This document shows, in pieces, positions 36,958 to 48,966 of a stretch of 64,000 nucleotides of DNA (position 1 is the stretch's first letter; every line of letters starts with the position of its first letter). Source of the stretch: Lama guanicoe (taxonomy: Eukaryota); the NCBI GenBank assembly GCA_013239625.1, contig MU053933.1, forward strand, positions 2,967,817 to 3,031,816, written 5' to 3'. The notes under the pieces were generated by a model that was given only the letters and a program-made list of their open reading frames with translations, ran no database searches and had not been told where the DNA came from. The translations under genes and the position numbers were made by a program.

Positions 36958-38782
36958 CTTTTAAAAAAGCGTTTTCTGATTTCCTATAAGAAGAAAAATT
37001 AGACACTTCTGTTTTGGGGACTAAATTGGGGTATAAATGAGAGAAACTCAGTGCAGAAAGCCACTATGAACCCACATTGCAGTGATGTAGAACCCACGGG
37101 CACTCCTCTTTGGCCTGTGGTAGCTGAAGCCTGGGGCCCTCCCCTTGCTCTGAGTCGGCTTCTGCTTTGAAGCCAGGGGATGTGGGTACCTGGCCTGTAT
37201 TCTCGTGGGGAATTCTCTTGTGGAAGTGAAATGAGATGGTTGGCATGCAAACATGTTCCTTAGTAAAGCTCTCTGGGTGGCAAAGGCATTATTATTTCAT
37301 CCTGAAGTGCTTTGGGGGATAAATAATTTACTGGCACACTAGGTTCTTCCTCTAAGTCCGAGCGTTCCTACTGTAATGCACCCAAGCCAACCGTGGAAGC
37401 TTAGAGCATCGCAGCGCGAGGAGGGCCAGCGAGCACATCCCTCTGACTTTCACTGAGTTGGGTGCTTTTCTAGAGTCCTGAGCTCTATTCATAATTGTCC
37501 TTAAGCAAATAAGGAACAGACCAGAGTGGTGACGCTTCATTCCAAGTGCAGTTTACAGTTATCTGTTGTGCGACACAGTTAGTAATCGGAGTAATAGTTA
37601 GTGTCCCAGACCGAAGGTTTGAGTTTTCATGGAATTTTAAGCAGATGAGATTTTGTAATAGAACCATATTTCTTACTGAGGTCTTCCATAACCCTTTATG
37701 ATTAAACTGTTGCTCAATTTCCGAGACTTGATTAGTTACCTCATTAATTAAACAGACAGTAATGAAGTAGATTGTTTTGCTTACTGAGAACTGTTAATCT
37801 TGAGGTAGTGGTACTGCTCTAGGTCCACGTAGGAAGCTGGAAGTTCCCATTTAATGGTTTTTTCAAATTCATGTATTGTCCATGTGCTTAGCATAGAGAT
37901 GGATACTGACAGAGGTGTAGTAGTTATTTTACTACTCAGATGACAGGTGGACTGCTGGTCCCCACAAGGGACTGTGACCCTGGCTTCTGCCACCTCAATT
38001 CCCTGCTTTCTGCAGCTCCGGAAGCTGGGCTCCAGCTCCTGGGGACACAGCACCCCTGTCCCCAGCACACTGGCTCCAAGGGGCTTCTTGCTCTTGGATA
38101 CACCTCGCATGGTGCCTGTCATTTCTTTCTCTTTCTCTTGCTCTGGACATCTGCATCCACTGGCACAACTTTTCCTGGCCCTAGAGGCAAGCCCTGGAGG
38201 CACAGCCCAGCACTCTGCAGCCCAAGAGCCTCTCCCATCCGGAGAACAGAAGGTGGTGGCGGGGAGGCCCTGTGCTCTGCTGGACTTGCTGAGGATAGCC
38301 TGGCTGTCAGGCCTGCCTTCCTTCACACCCAGAAGTGCATGCCTGGAGCAGGAGGTGTGGGGTCAGCTCAGTGAGCATGCAACATGCTGTGTCAGAGTCC
38401 CTGTGCTTCGTCTCCGCTGAGGTCGCGGTCCCTGGCAGGGCTGTCTGCCCGCTGTCAGCTCTTGTTCAGGTGGGTGAAACCCTACAGATAGGCCCAGGCT
38501 CAGCTGGGCTCCACCAAGGGAACCCGCAGGCAAGGCCCCAACACTGTTATTTGCAGCACGCATCAGGCACAGACCAGACTGGAGTATTGAGTGGAAAGGG
38601 AATCACCAGTGCCTACTGAACAGTGGGTTAAACTCCCCTGAGGGCAAGGGCCCTGGTGAGCAGTCCCCGGGCTCGGCGATGGCCCGGCTCAGGCTCAGGG
38701 CGCCATTGGCGTGTTGCTTCGCCAGCGAAGGCAGACCTGAGACTCCGACCCCCTCGCTGGCCCTCTGACACCCCCGAAAGGA

Positions 38783-40248
38783 CAGTGAAACTTGTGGTCT
38801 GTGGACCCTTGGGGCTCTTTGGTACCCTTTCAGGGGGTCAGAACTGTTTTCACAGTGGTACCTGGGTGTGATTTCCTGTCTCACTGTGTTGACATCTGAG
38901 CCGACGGCACAAAAGCGCCGGTGGGCAAACCTGCTGGGGCCTGACATCGGCACAGCCCAGACTCATGGTGGAAGTGCCCTTCACCACCCGCTGCTTGTCC
39001 CCAAAAAGCCAACGTCCTTTAAAAATGTCCTTGATGAAGCCATCAGAATTATGAATTTGATTAAATCTCGGCCCTTGAGTGCATGTCTTTTTAATAGTCG
39101 GAGAGACAGACGTGGAGGTGTGCATAGTGCACGTCTGCAGATGGCATCACGATTGTTTCGAGGAAAAGCATTTGTGCCTTTTTGGGATCGGGGGCTGCAC
39201 TACTCCGCTTCTCACGGGGGCCTGTTTTTCCTGTAAAGAGGAACTGACAGACGAACCGTGGTTATTCAGACTTGCATTTTTGGCAGTGTCTGAACATGGA
39301 ACTGAGTGAGCCTGTTACTTCAAAGGAGATAACTGCTGGTATTTGCTGCAACTGACAAAACTTGTTTTTGGTCAATAATTAGAATTTTGAAACCTTGTGT
39401 CTGCCATGGTGAACTTGACAGCATCCCAGAACTTACAGATGTTTCTGATGAACTCAGCTGGGATAATAACAAACGTGATTCTTGACATTACATTTTGAAA
39501 TGTGTTAGCATTTGGATGACCCACGTAACTCGGTGGGCCCTGCTTCCCCCGACGACTAGTGCACGTTGTCACGGCGATCTCGCGTGGGTGAGGTATCTGC
39601 TTACGGTGCAAGATGGAGAGTTAATGGGTTTTTGTTGTTTTTTTAAAAAACTTTTGTTTATTTTTAATGGAGGCACTGGAGACTGAACCCAGGACCTCGG
39701 GCACACTACGCACGCGCTCTGCCCCTGAGCGGCACCTTCTGCCTGATGACGGGTTTTAATGCAAATAAGTTTATTGATGGAGTTTCAGATACCATGTTGC
39801 AGATAACCTTTAAGAAATGACCACCTGTCAAATTTTGATGTCTTATCAAATAATATCCATGATGATCTGACAAATCTACGAAATACTCCTGTTTCCAGCC
39901 ACATGTCTGTGTGAAGATGGGTTTTTTTTCATATACTTTAATCTAAACAGTGTTTCACAACAGACTGAATGCAGAAGCAGGTATGACAATCTAGCTGTCT
40001 TCTATTAATCCTGACATTAAAGAGTTCCAGAAATTCTTCTTACTAATTTATTTTTGTTTGGAAAATACGATTATTTTTATTAAAAAGTGTTATTTTTGTA
40101 ATTATGTAATGGGTTTACTATTCATTGTAAATGAATGACTAATTTTGAAGTCTCTCTGTGTTAATTGCAAGTAAATTTCAATAAATAGAATCCACTTCAA
40201 AAATAATTTGAGGCAAGAAAGGGGTCCAGAAAGTTTTGAGAGCCACTG
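38783..40248 (+). mobile_element. hAT-Charlie DNA transposon fossil (Charlie1a-like)
   Basis: Termini 'cagtg...tgtggtctgtggaccc' and 'aagttttgagagccactg'. Transposase remnant in ORF 38868-39236 (KKPTSFKNVLDEAIRIMNLIKSRPLSACLFN). Confidence 0.85.
39632..39743 (-). mobile_element. Vic-1-like SINE inserted in Charlie1a
   Basis: 'tttttaatggaggcactggagactgaacccaggacctcgggcacactacgcacgcgctctgcccctgagc'. Confidence 0.8.
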
Positions 40249-41830
40249 ACCCAGTGAAATACACTGTGGTGCTTGAGTGGAAACGCGGGTGGTTTTGGTG
40301 AAGAGCCTTAGTGACCCTCCGAGACGCTGTGAGTCACCCACACTGAGTCAGAGAGCAGACTGCGCTCTTCGGTTGTTTGTTTCTTTGTTTTTAGGTGAAT
40401 GCTAATAGGAAAGCAGGTTCAACCGCAAGACGGACATTGGATAGAAACCGGGAGATTCAGTTCAACTTTAATATTGTAAATGATTTTTAGAAATTGACAT
40501 CAGAATTTGAATTTCAAGACAAAAGCCCTACCAAAGCAGCCAACCCAGCCAGCTTCATCTGTGCGATAAGCAAATAAAGACACACTTCTGTTAAAAAACA
40601 GAAGAAAAAGATAAAAGCCGAACAGGCGATTCTGCTGTGAAATGGAGAATCTAACCCAGGTCATCCAGTTACCCCACAGCATTGATGAGCACCAGCGTCG
40701 TTAGTGGGGTGTAGACCTCTGTGCTAGAGGGAGACCAAAGGTCTTACAGATGTTCTTCTTTCTCTGCTAAGGGTTTTTCTTCTCCAGAAATTTACGAGGG
40801 AGAGAAGGTTGTTAGGACAAGCTCTCAACTGAAAAGCTGCCTTAGAAGATAGAAGGCGGAGGAGATGGGAATGTGTCTCGCTGCAGCAGCAGCAGCTCTG
40901 CAGAAGGGCTCTGTGCTGGAGCGAGGTGGTGGCTGAGGAGGGGCAGTGACCCTCGGGCTGTCCCAGAGTGGTCTGGCGGGTTAGATCCCCTGGACGGAAG
41001 TGCCTGTTTCACTGTCTGGTGTCGGGGAGCAGAACTGGTGGGCGGGGACCAGTGGAGGAACAGCAAGAGGCAGGCCTCTCAGCCCCAGGTGGTCATCCTC
41101 GTTGGTGGGGGGAGCCTGGACATGGGCCCATGAGCCTGGGCTGTAGAGGGGTGCCCTGTGCTCACCCAGCTCTGCCTCGGCACCTCTCCCTGGGTGGTAA
41201 CTCTGGGCTGGGGCCAGGGCTTTTTATGGAAAGAACAGCCAAGCTTCTTCTAAAGGGAGTTGGAGAGTAGGGATTTCCGCTTCACCTCATTTCCCTTTCA
41301 GCTCCCAGACCATCAGGAAAACATTTTAAACCCTAAGATTCAATTTCTGATTTATTACCTAGAATATGTTAAACATGATTGAATTGTTATAAAAAGACAG
41401 GATTTTGTGGGGCCTTGGGGCATCATTGACCTAGAATGTTAGTAATCCCAGGTTCCTGAGAAATCTTACCTGGTTTAGATCTCCTGTCTCAGAGCAGAAG
41501 TGCCTGCAGGGTAAACATTGCTGCGATCATGAGTGGGTCCTGTCCCCAGATCTGTGCTGGGAGAAATGGAGTTGGTAACCGGCTTCTTATCCCCGACATG
41601 ACAAGCTGCATGCGCCTGTGAACTCTCTTAATGCCTGTCTCTTCCCAGAAACTGGGTGTCACTAAGGTTGGTGCTTGTGCCCAACAGGAAGAGGGGTGTG
41701 TGGTTGAGATCTCTGCTCGAGTGGAGGGAGGGCGTCTTGAACTTCGCCTTACTTTCTGAACACCATCATCACCTCTTGCTTGTTAAGTCACTCTCCGGAG
41801 TTTCAGCCCCCTGTCCACCTGCCCTCACCA

Positions 41831-41875
41831 GTATGTGTGCACGTGCACGCGCGCATGCGCGCACACACACACACA
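41831..41875. repeat. 45-bp perfect alternating purine-pyrimidine tract (Z-DNA prone)
   Basis: gtatgtgtgcacgtgcacgcgcgcatgcgcgcacacacacacaca. Confidence 0.85.
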
Positions 41876-43606
41876 GAGGCACAGTCTCCCAAATGCAAAC
41901 CACATGGAATGGTCAGTCTTTGGGTGACTTGGAAGCGCCTTGGCCACTCCTGCCTGGGGACTTAGTTTGTGGTGCGTCAGAGGCAGGAATTAGGTGACTG
42001 TGCCCATTTTAGGTCCCTCTCCCATCTTTCTTTTCCTTGGTGTGTGAAGATTTTCCTCCATTTGTGGCCATGTCTGAGTTGCTACGTTCAGCGCAGGGCT
42101 GTGACACTTGACGATAATGAGCTAGCTGGTCTTTAAATAGCACAGCGCCTATAAACAGAATCACCTGTTTTATGGCCGGATCTTGGAGGAGATGGTTCAC
42201 AGAGGATTCAGAATGGCTGCCAGAGCATTAGAAAGGCAGTAGACGCTCCTTGCTCCTCCCCTGCCGTGAGGCCAGACTGGCTGAGAGCACACACGCCATA
42301 TCCGAGACATTTCCTTTGAGTTGGGCTGGAATCATCCCTCACGAGGCATTAAACTCAGGTGGCATCAGGATGAAGACTGGCCAAGCCCAAATGCTGATGA
42401 TCGGAAACTTAGTCATTTGTTCTCTGAGTCAGCTTAATGGTGGGTAATGTTCACATCACATTCTTTTGGGGCTGGGCCAACAGCCGGCTTGCTTGCCAGC
42501 GCTTCAGCCGTGAGCTCATCAGCCTTCTGGCTCCCACACTGCTGGCCCAGGGCTCCGCTGGAATTAATCCTGTCACTGCAGCAAACCAGGGTCCTCACCG
42601 AGGTTCCTCGTTCTTTTCCTGTGGCATATGGGGGCCCTGGCTTTCATCAAATGAGCCCCAAACTCCTTCTCTTTCAGAAGGCCTTCCTAGGTGGGCGCTT
42701 TGAGATGTGACGCTAGCAGTTCAGCTCAACACATTATTTACCAAAAAGCCCTGTCCTGGTGGCTGCTGAGGCTGTAAATAAGGCGACGTGTTTCCATGTG
42801 GTCTAAGCAGCACGTAATCCACCTGGGGTGGGAGCGTGAGGCACAAGGCGTGTCCTCAGTTCCACGAAGTGTCAGCTGCGTGCCATCAGAGGAGGGTGTG
42901 GGGCTTCGGGGAGGCAGGCCCTTTGGAAGGATGAGGACGGCTCTGGAGAGGATGGGCGTTTCAGCTCCCCTGGAGGCTGTGGAATGAGGGCTGGCACGCA
43001 GTAGGCGTGCAGGAGCGATAGCCGTTAAAGCTTTATCGCCTAGACTTCTGTTTTCTAATTAGTAAAATAGAAAAAAGTGTCTTCCACACCTCCTGGGAGT
43101 TAGCTGGTGAGACCACAGGGAGCTACCTGTGAGCCGTGTGCAGGGAAGGCGCCCAGGTGACGTGGGCCCCTGGCTGTCTGAGAGCCTGCGTGTCATCCAC
43201 CCTCTGCCACTTCTGCTGCCACAGCGCGGAGGAAATGCCTCTGTGCTTTGTGGAGATGAAGAGACACATGCGATTAAAAAAAAGAGTCGTGGCCACGTAT
43301 TCTGTCTCTGTCCTACCAGTAAGAGACTGTTAAGTAGGCAATCTCTGTGATTTTTAAAGTGTTTAGTCTGATAAGAGGAAAAAGTAAAAACAATGAAGTC
43401 TGCACAGATGTCTCAAAAGGTTTGTACCAGAGCAGGAATTCAAAAAGATGTTTAGAGAAGGTTTTTTATGGCTCTGGTATTCTAATGTACATAAATACCA
43501 CAAATTGGTTCTTTGTTCAGCTGTTCGGGTGCTGATGGGCATTTGGATATTTCCAGTTGTGGGCTATTGAGAATAAAGCTTTGCTGACTATTCTTGTAGG
43601 TTTCTT

Positions 43607-43707
43607 TCTGTTTTTTGTTTTTTTTTTTTGGAGGTACTGGGGATTGAACCCAGGACCTCATGCTTGCTGAGCACATGCTCTACCACTGAGCTGTTACCCT
43701 TCCCCCC
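43607..43707 (-). mobile_element. Vic-1-like SINE with TSD
   Basis: 'ggaggtactggggattgaacccaggacctcatgcttgctgagcacatgctctaccactgagct'. Flanks tcttgtaggtttctt (43592-43606) and tcttgcaagtttctt (43708-43722). Confidence 0.88.
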
Positions 43708-43994
43708 TCTTGCAAGTTTCTTTTGCAGACATATGCACACATTTTTCTTGCAGGTATACCCAGAAGTGGAACTGTTGTATCATAGGCTTGGTGTCTGTTT
43801 AGTTTTAGTAGATAATTGCCAGACAGTTTTTCAAAATGGTTGAGCCAGTTTGCAATCTAACCAACAAAGCCTGAGAATTCAGCTGCTGTACACCCTCAAC
43901 AACACTTGCTGGTTTCTGTCTTCTTCATGTTCACCTTTCTGGAGCTATGTGGTGGTATCTCTTTGTGGTCTTAATCTGCATCTTCCTGATCACT

Positions 43995-44742
43995 GATAAC
44001 GTGTATTTTTTCCCATACCACCAAGCAATTCGCCAACACCAGCTGTGTGTCCTACAACGCAACTCACTTATGACACCATGTACCTGGAGATGGCATCAGA
44101 TTCCACAGCACCAGACCATCCCTGGTCCCCCTTCAGATGCCCGTCACAAATCCAGGTTGTTACCTGTGCTTCTGACCGACTGGCTGTAGACTGGAGGTTC
44201 CCGTGATCCCCCTTGTTGGGTTTGATTGATTTGCTAGAGTAACTCTTAGAACTAAGAGAAACGTTAACTTACGTTTACCAGTTTATTATAAAGGATACAG
44301 ATGAACAGCCAGGTGGAGATTTGTAAGGCAGAGTAGTGGGAAGCAGCTGGAAGCTTCCGTGCTCTCTGGGTGCACCCTTTTCCCTCAGCTTCACATGCTC
44401 ACCAACCCAGAAGCTCTCCAAAGCCCAAAGCCTGTCGTTTTGGGGGTTTTTGTGGAGGCTGCATTTCCTAGGCGGAATGGGTGAAATCGCTGACCACTGG
44501 TGACTCAGCTAATCTTCAGTCCCCCTCCCCTGCCCAGAAGGTCTAGTCTTAGAGAGATGAGAGTCATGTGGTTGGCTCCCCTGGCCACCAAGGAACTTTC
44601 CAAAAGTTATCTCATTTGTGTAGCAAAAAATACCTTTATCCCTCTTATTACTTCCTGAAATTCCAAGGGTTTTAGAAGCTCTGTGCCAGGAACAGGGATG
44701 AAGACCAAATATATATTTCTTGTTGTAAATCACAATGTCACA
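43995..44742 (-). mobile_element. MER21-type solo LTR
   Basis: The minus strand begins 'tgtgacattgtgatttacaacaagaaatatatatttggtcttcatccctgttcctggcacagagcttctaaaacccttggaattt', as in the recalled MER21A/B consensus. Confidence 0.8.
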
Positions 44743-45019
44743 GCTGATAAGGTTGAGCACTTCTTTATATGTTATTGTTCATTTGGAGATCCTCTTTTGT
44801 GAAGTGCCTGCTCAAGTCTCTTGCTCATTTTTGGTTTGTTCTCTCTCTCTCTCTTTTTTTATTATAGTAGTTTTTGTACATCTTGGAGACTAATTCTTTG
44901 TTTAATATATACATTGCAAAAATCTTCCCCCAGTGGATAGCCTGTCTTTTCACTCTTAATGATGTCTTTTGATAAATTAATAAAGTAATAATATCTTACT
45001 TATCAATTATCAATCTTTT

Positions 45020-45289
45020 TTTCATTATTAGTGAGTACATATCTTAACAATGTCAGACATGATAATGGCTCAAGATTTTGATGAAAATTTCTTCTGATTC
45101 CACTCAAAGAAGCTATAGCTAACATAGATTGGTTTTTAAAATAAAGCTTAAAAAAATGAGCATATTTCAACTGGATTTTTATCTTTTAAAATTAAGAATT
45201 TCATTCTTTTTTATTGAGATGAGAAGCAGAACAACTCAAGAATGAATAATTCAATTGATAGATTAAATAACAGATCACAAGGGAGTTCT
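45020..45289 (-). other. ~270-bp unidentified insertion flanked by a 15-bp direct repeat
   Basis: AATTATCAATCTTTT at 45005-45019 and 45290-45304. Host L1 sequence resumes afterwards. Confidence 0.6.
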
Positions 45290-45568
45290 AATTATCAATC
45301 TTTTCTTTTATGAGTAGTGCTTATTGCATCTGATTTAAGAAACATTTGTCTACCCCAAGGCCATGAAGGCATTATTCCACGTTTTCCTCTAGAAACTTTA
45401 TTATATTCCTTTAGTGTTTATGTCCAATTCAATTGTGTCTAGTGTGAAATGGGAATCCAGGTTCACATTTTCCATATGGATAACCAGTTAATCTAGTCTC
45501 ATTTATTGAAAAGGCTATTTTTTCCCACCAAACTTCAGGTGGTACTTTTGCAAGAGATCAAGTGGCCT

Positions 45569-46161
45569 TGTGGATCAGGGTCTAGTCAAGAGACAGGAGT
45601 TACACCAGGATTTTGAATAGGGAACATTCAATATAAAGAATTGTTAACTTGTAAAAGGGATTAACTATCAAACAGGGTGAAGAGTAAGGTTGCTGTAAAG
45701 AATATGAGAATAACAGGTAGGGAGCATCCACTACCTCTGGGGCTGAAGGAAAATACCCAGAGATGGAACAGACTTAGAAAAATGTCTCCCCAGGAAGTCT
45801 AAGATTCAGGGATTGTTGGGGAAGACATGACTGTGACCCCCTGGAGACATTCACTGAGGTGCTGTAAGCTCGGGCTGGCTGCTGGGGAGCCAGTGATGCA
45901 CAGGAAGTCTTCTGCAGGGATGCCCGCTCTACTCACTGAGAAACTGCCCACTGGCCTTCAGGCAATAGAGCAAGGCAAAAAAAAAAAAGCCCTAGAACCT
46001 GAAAGAGAAACCCCTTCCTCTTGCAGCGGCCTCTCCTGACAGTCCCATTCCTGTGCCAGCTGGCCATGGAGAAACGCTCTTAGGGTCCGGCACTAGCATC
46101 ACAGAAACAGGGCAAAGAAGGGTGGGTTTGGGCAGGGAGATAATAGTAGATAACTGGCACA
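45569..46161 (-). mobile_element. ERVL solo LTR, LTR41-family-like
   Basis: The minus strand begins 'tgtgccagttatctactattatctccctgcccaaacccacccttctttgccctgtttctgtgatgctag...tttctccatggccagctggcac'. Confidence 0.65.
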
Positions 46162-48893
46162 CTTACGTGTGTGATCTGTTTCTTAACTCTGTTCTGTTTC
46201 ATTGACCTGTTTCTCTGTGTGGTGGTTAGCGCCACTGTGCTGGTCACCGTAGCTGTACGGTGGGGCCGACCCCGGGTCGCGGAGGCCCTCCACCTGGGTT
46301 TGTCTAGACTGGTTGCACTATTCTAAGTCCTCTGCATATCTTTATCACTTTAGGATAAGCATACCAATTTATGCAAAAAATATGCTAGAATTTTGATTGG
46401 GGTGTTTTGGTTCCCTAGAGCAGTTTGGAGAATTGACATTTTTGTAGTATTCTAAATTAAAGATACGGTTTATTCCTCCATGTATGTTGTCTTTAATTTT
46501 GTTCAGTGATGTTTTGTTTTTAGTGTAGAGGTCTTGCACAGGTTTTGTTGGATTTATTTCTGAGAATTTTTTGATGATATTGTTGCTACTATATAGAAAT
46601 GCAGGTGAGTTTTGCATATTGACCTTCTATCCAGTGACCTTGCCAAATTTATTTAACACATGTTAGTGTCATGGTATGATAAAATCTTCAACTATGATTG
46701 TGGATTTCTCTCTTCCCCTTTTTAGTTCTGCTTTTGCTTTGTGTATTTTAAACAGACAATATTAGTTGCATACCAGCTTAAGGTCTTATGGCTTCTTGTT
46801 GAATTGACCCTTTTATCATTATGAAATGTCCTTTTTCTCTGCTTCTGTGTTTCCCTTAAGGTCAGTTTTGTCTGATGGTAAAGTCACCCCAGCTTGCTTT
46901 GCTTAGTGTTTGTGTGGTACAGCTTTTTCTATTTTATGAACCCGACTGCATCCTTACTTTTAAATTATGCTTCTTTTAAAGTGAATGGAATCATTTTAAT
47001 TGTCTGACAATCTTTCTATTTTAGTTGGAGTGTTTATTTACATTTAATTTGATTTTTGAAATATTGGGCTTAATTCTACCATCTTATGTTTGTTTTATTT
47101 TTGTTCTGTCAGTTCTTTGTTCCTTTATTCCCCCTTTCCTGCCTTTATTTGGATTAATCAGGCATTTTTCATTTCATTGTTTTAATCTCCTAGATTCTTA
47201 TTTATTCTTCTTATATTATAAAGTTAATAGATTTCAATTACATCATGACTTATTACAGACTACTCTGATACGGTCATATATTTCTGTTTCTATGTATGTT
47301 ATAAATCCAACATTTTTTCTGTTTTAAGCAGTTAGTATTTAAAAATATTTGTTCATATATTTACCTTTTCTGATGTTCTTGTGTTTGGGAATATTTCCTT
47401 TCAGCCTGAAGAACTAAAGGTATTTTTATAGTGCAGGTCTGTTGATGGCAGATTCTCTTGAGTTTTGCCTGAGAACAACATGCTTAGTTTCCCTTCGTTT
47501 CTGAAAACTATTTCCACTGGGTGTAGAATTCTAGGTTGACAGTTGTTTTATTGAAGCATTTCAAATATGTCAGCATTTGCAATAGGCTTTTATAGTACTT
47601 GTTGAAAAGTCAGCCTTTTGTTGTTTCAAAGAAAAAAATGTGTTTTCTTTGCCTGATATTTTAAGATTTTCTTTGTGCCTGTACATGCACATGTGTATGT
47701 GCATATTTTGTGTTTATCCTCCTTGGGGTTCATGGGGCTTTTTGAATTATGCACTGACTCTTTAATAAGGTTTGAAAATTCTCAGCCATTATTCATTCAC
47801 ATGCTGCTGTTACCCTATTCTTTCCCATTTTCTTTCTGATTACACGTATGTGAGACTTTTGACCATGTCCCATACATCTCTTATGCTCTGCACTGTTTTC
47901 ATTCTTTCTTTATACTCTTTCTCTCTGAACTTCAGTTTTAGATACAAATATTAAAAAGTTTAGATATTTTTTCTTGGACCTGTCTGAGTTCCTCTAATTG
48001 TGTCTTCTGTTCTGGCTATTTTTTTTTAAAACACATTCAACAAGTTCTTAATGGCAGATGTTATGATTTTCAATTATAGAATGTTGATTTGATTACTTTT
48101 CTGTAGAGCCCAAGACTGTTGAAATTTTTCATTTTTCATCCATTTGTTCATCTCTTTTGTTTTTAAACATATTGATCAGTTTTTTCTTATAAAATTCATT
48201 GAGGACTGATTTATGTAAAATGCCCTTCATCTACTTAAAATGTATAGTTTGACCAGTTCTGACAGTTGTGTCCAGTCATGAGACAGAGCATTTCTATCAC
48301 CCCAAGAGATTCCTTGTGTCCCTTTATGGTCCACTCCTTGCTCACCCCTTGGGTCCCAGAAAACACAGTCATTTTAGAGGACTTTGTATTTTATATTAAT
48401 GTAATCATACACTACATACTCTTTTTCTATCTGGCTTCTTTCACTTGATGTGATAATTTTGAGTTTAATTCATGCTTGCCTTGTTGTTAGTCTTAGGAGG
48501 AAAGCATTTAGTATTTTACCTTTAAGTATGAAGATAGATATTAAGTAGGTTGAAAGAATTCCTGTCCCTGGTTTGTTTAGAATTTTTATCATCAGTGGGT
48601 GCTGAATTTTGTCAAATGTTTTCTGCATCTGTTGAGATGGTCATCTGGTTTTTCTTCTTTATTCTGTTAATATGTCAATAAAATTACAGTGAATGATGAA
48701 TGTTACACCAACCTTGCATTCTTGGGATAAATCTCATTTGGGTGTGATGTTTTATCCTTTTAAAATATTTCTGGATTTCATTTGAGAATGTTTCAAGGAT
48801 TTTGGTGTCTAGCTACATGAGAGGTGGTGGCCCATAGGTTTTTATTCTTATAATGTCTTCATCTGGTTTTGGTATCAAGATAACATTGGCCTC

Positions 48894-48966
48894 TACACCA
48901 GAAATTGATACAACATTGTAACCTGACTGTACTTCAATAAAAAAATTAAATAAAAATTAAAAAAAA
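48894..48966 (+). mobile_element. Extremely 5'-truncated lineage-specific L1 3' tail
   Basis: 'tacaccagaaattgatacaacattgtaacctgactgtacttcAATAAA' plus A-tail. Degenerate TSD aagataacattggcctc / aagatgtttgcctc. Confidence 0.75.

Noticed and set aside
38868..39236. Domesticated hAT transposase (ZBED/SCAND3-like) exon
   Set aside because: Only a short frameshifted remnant inside an ordinary internally deleted Charlie1a copy; the C-x2-H-type motif is decayed.
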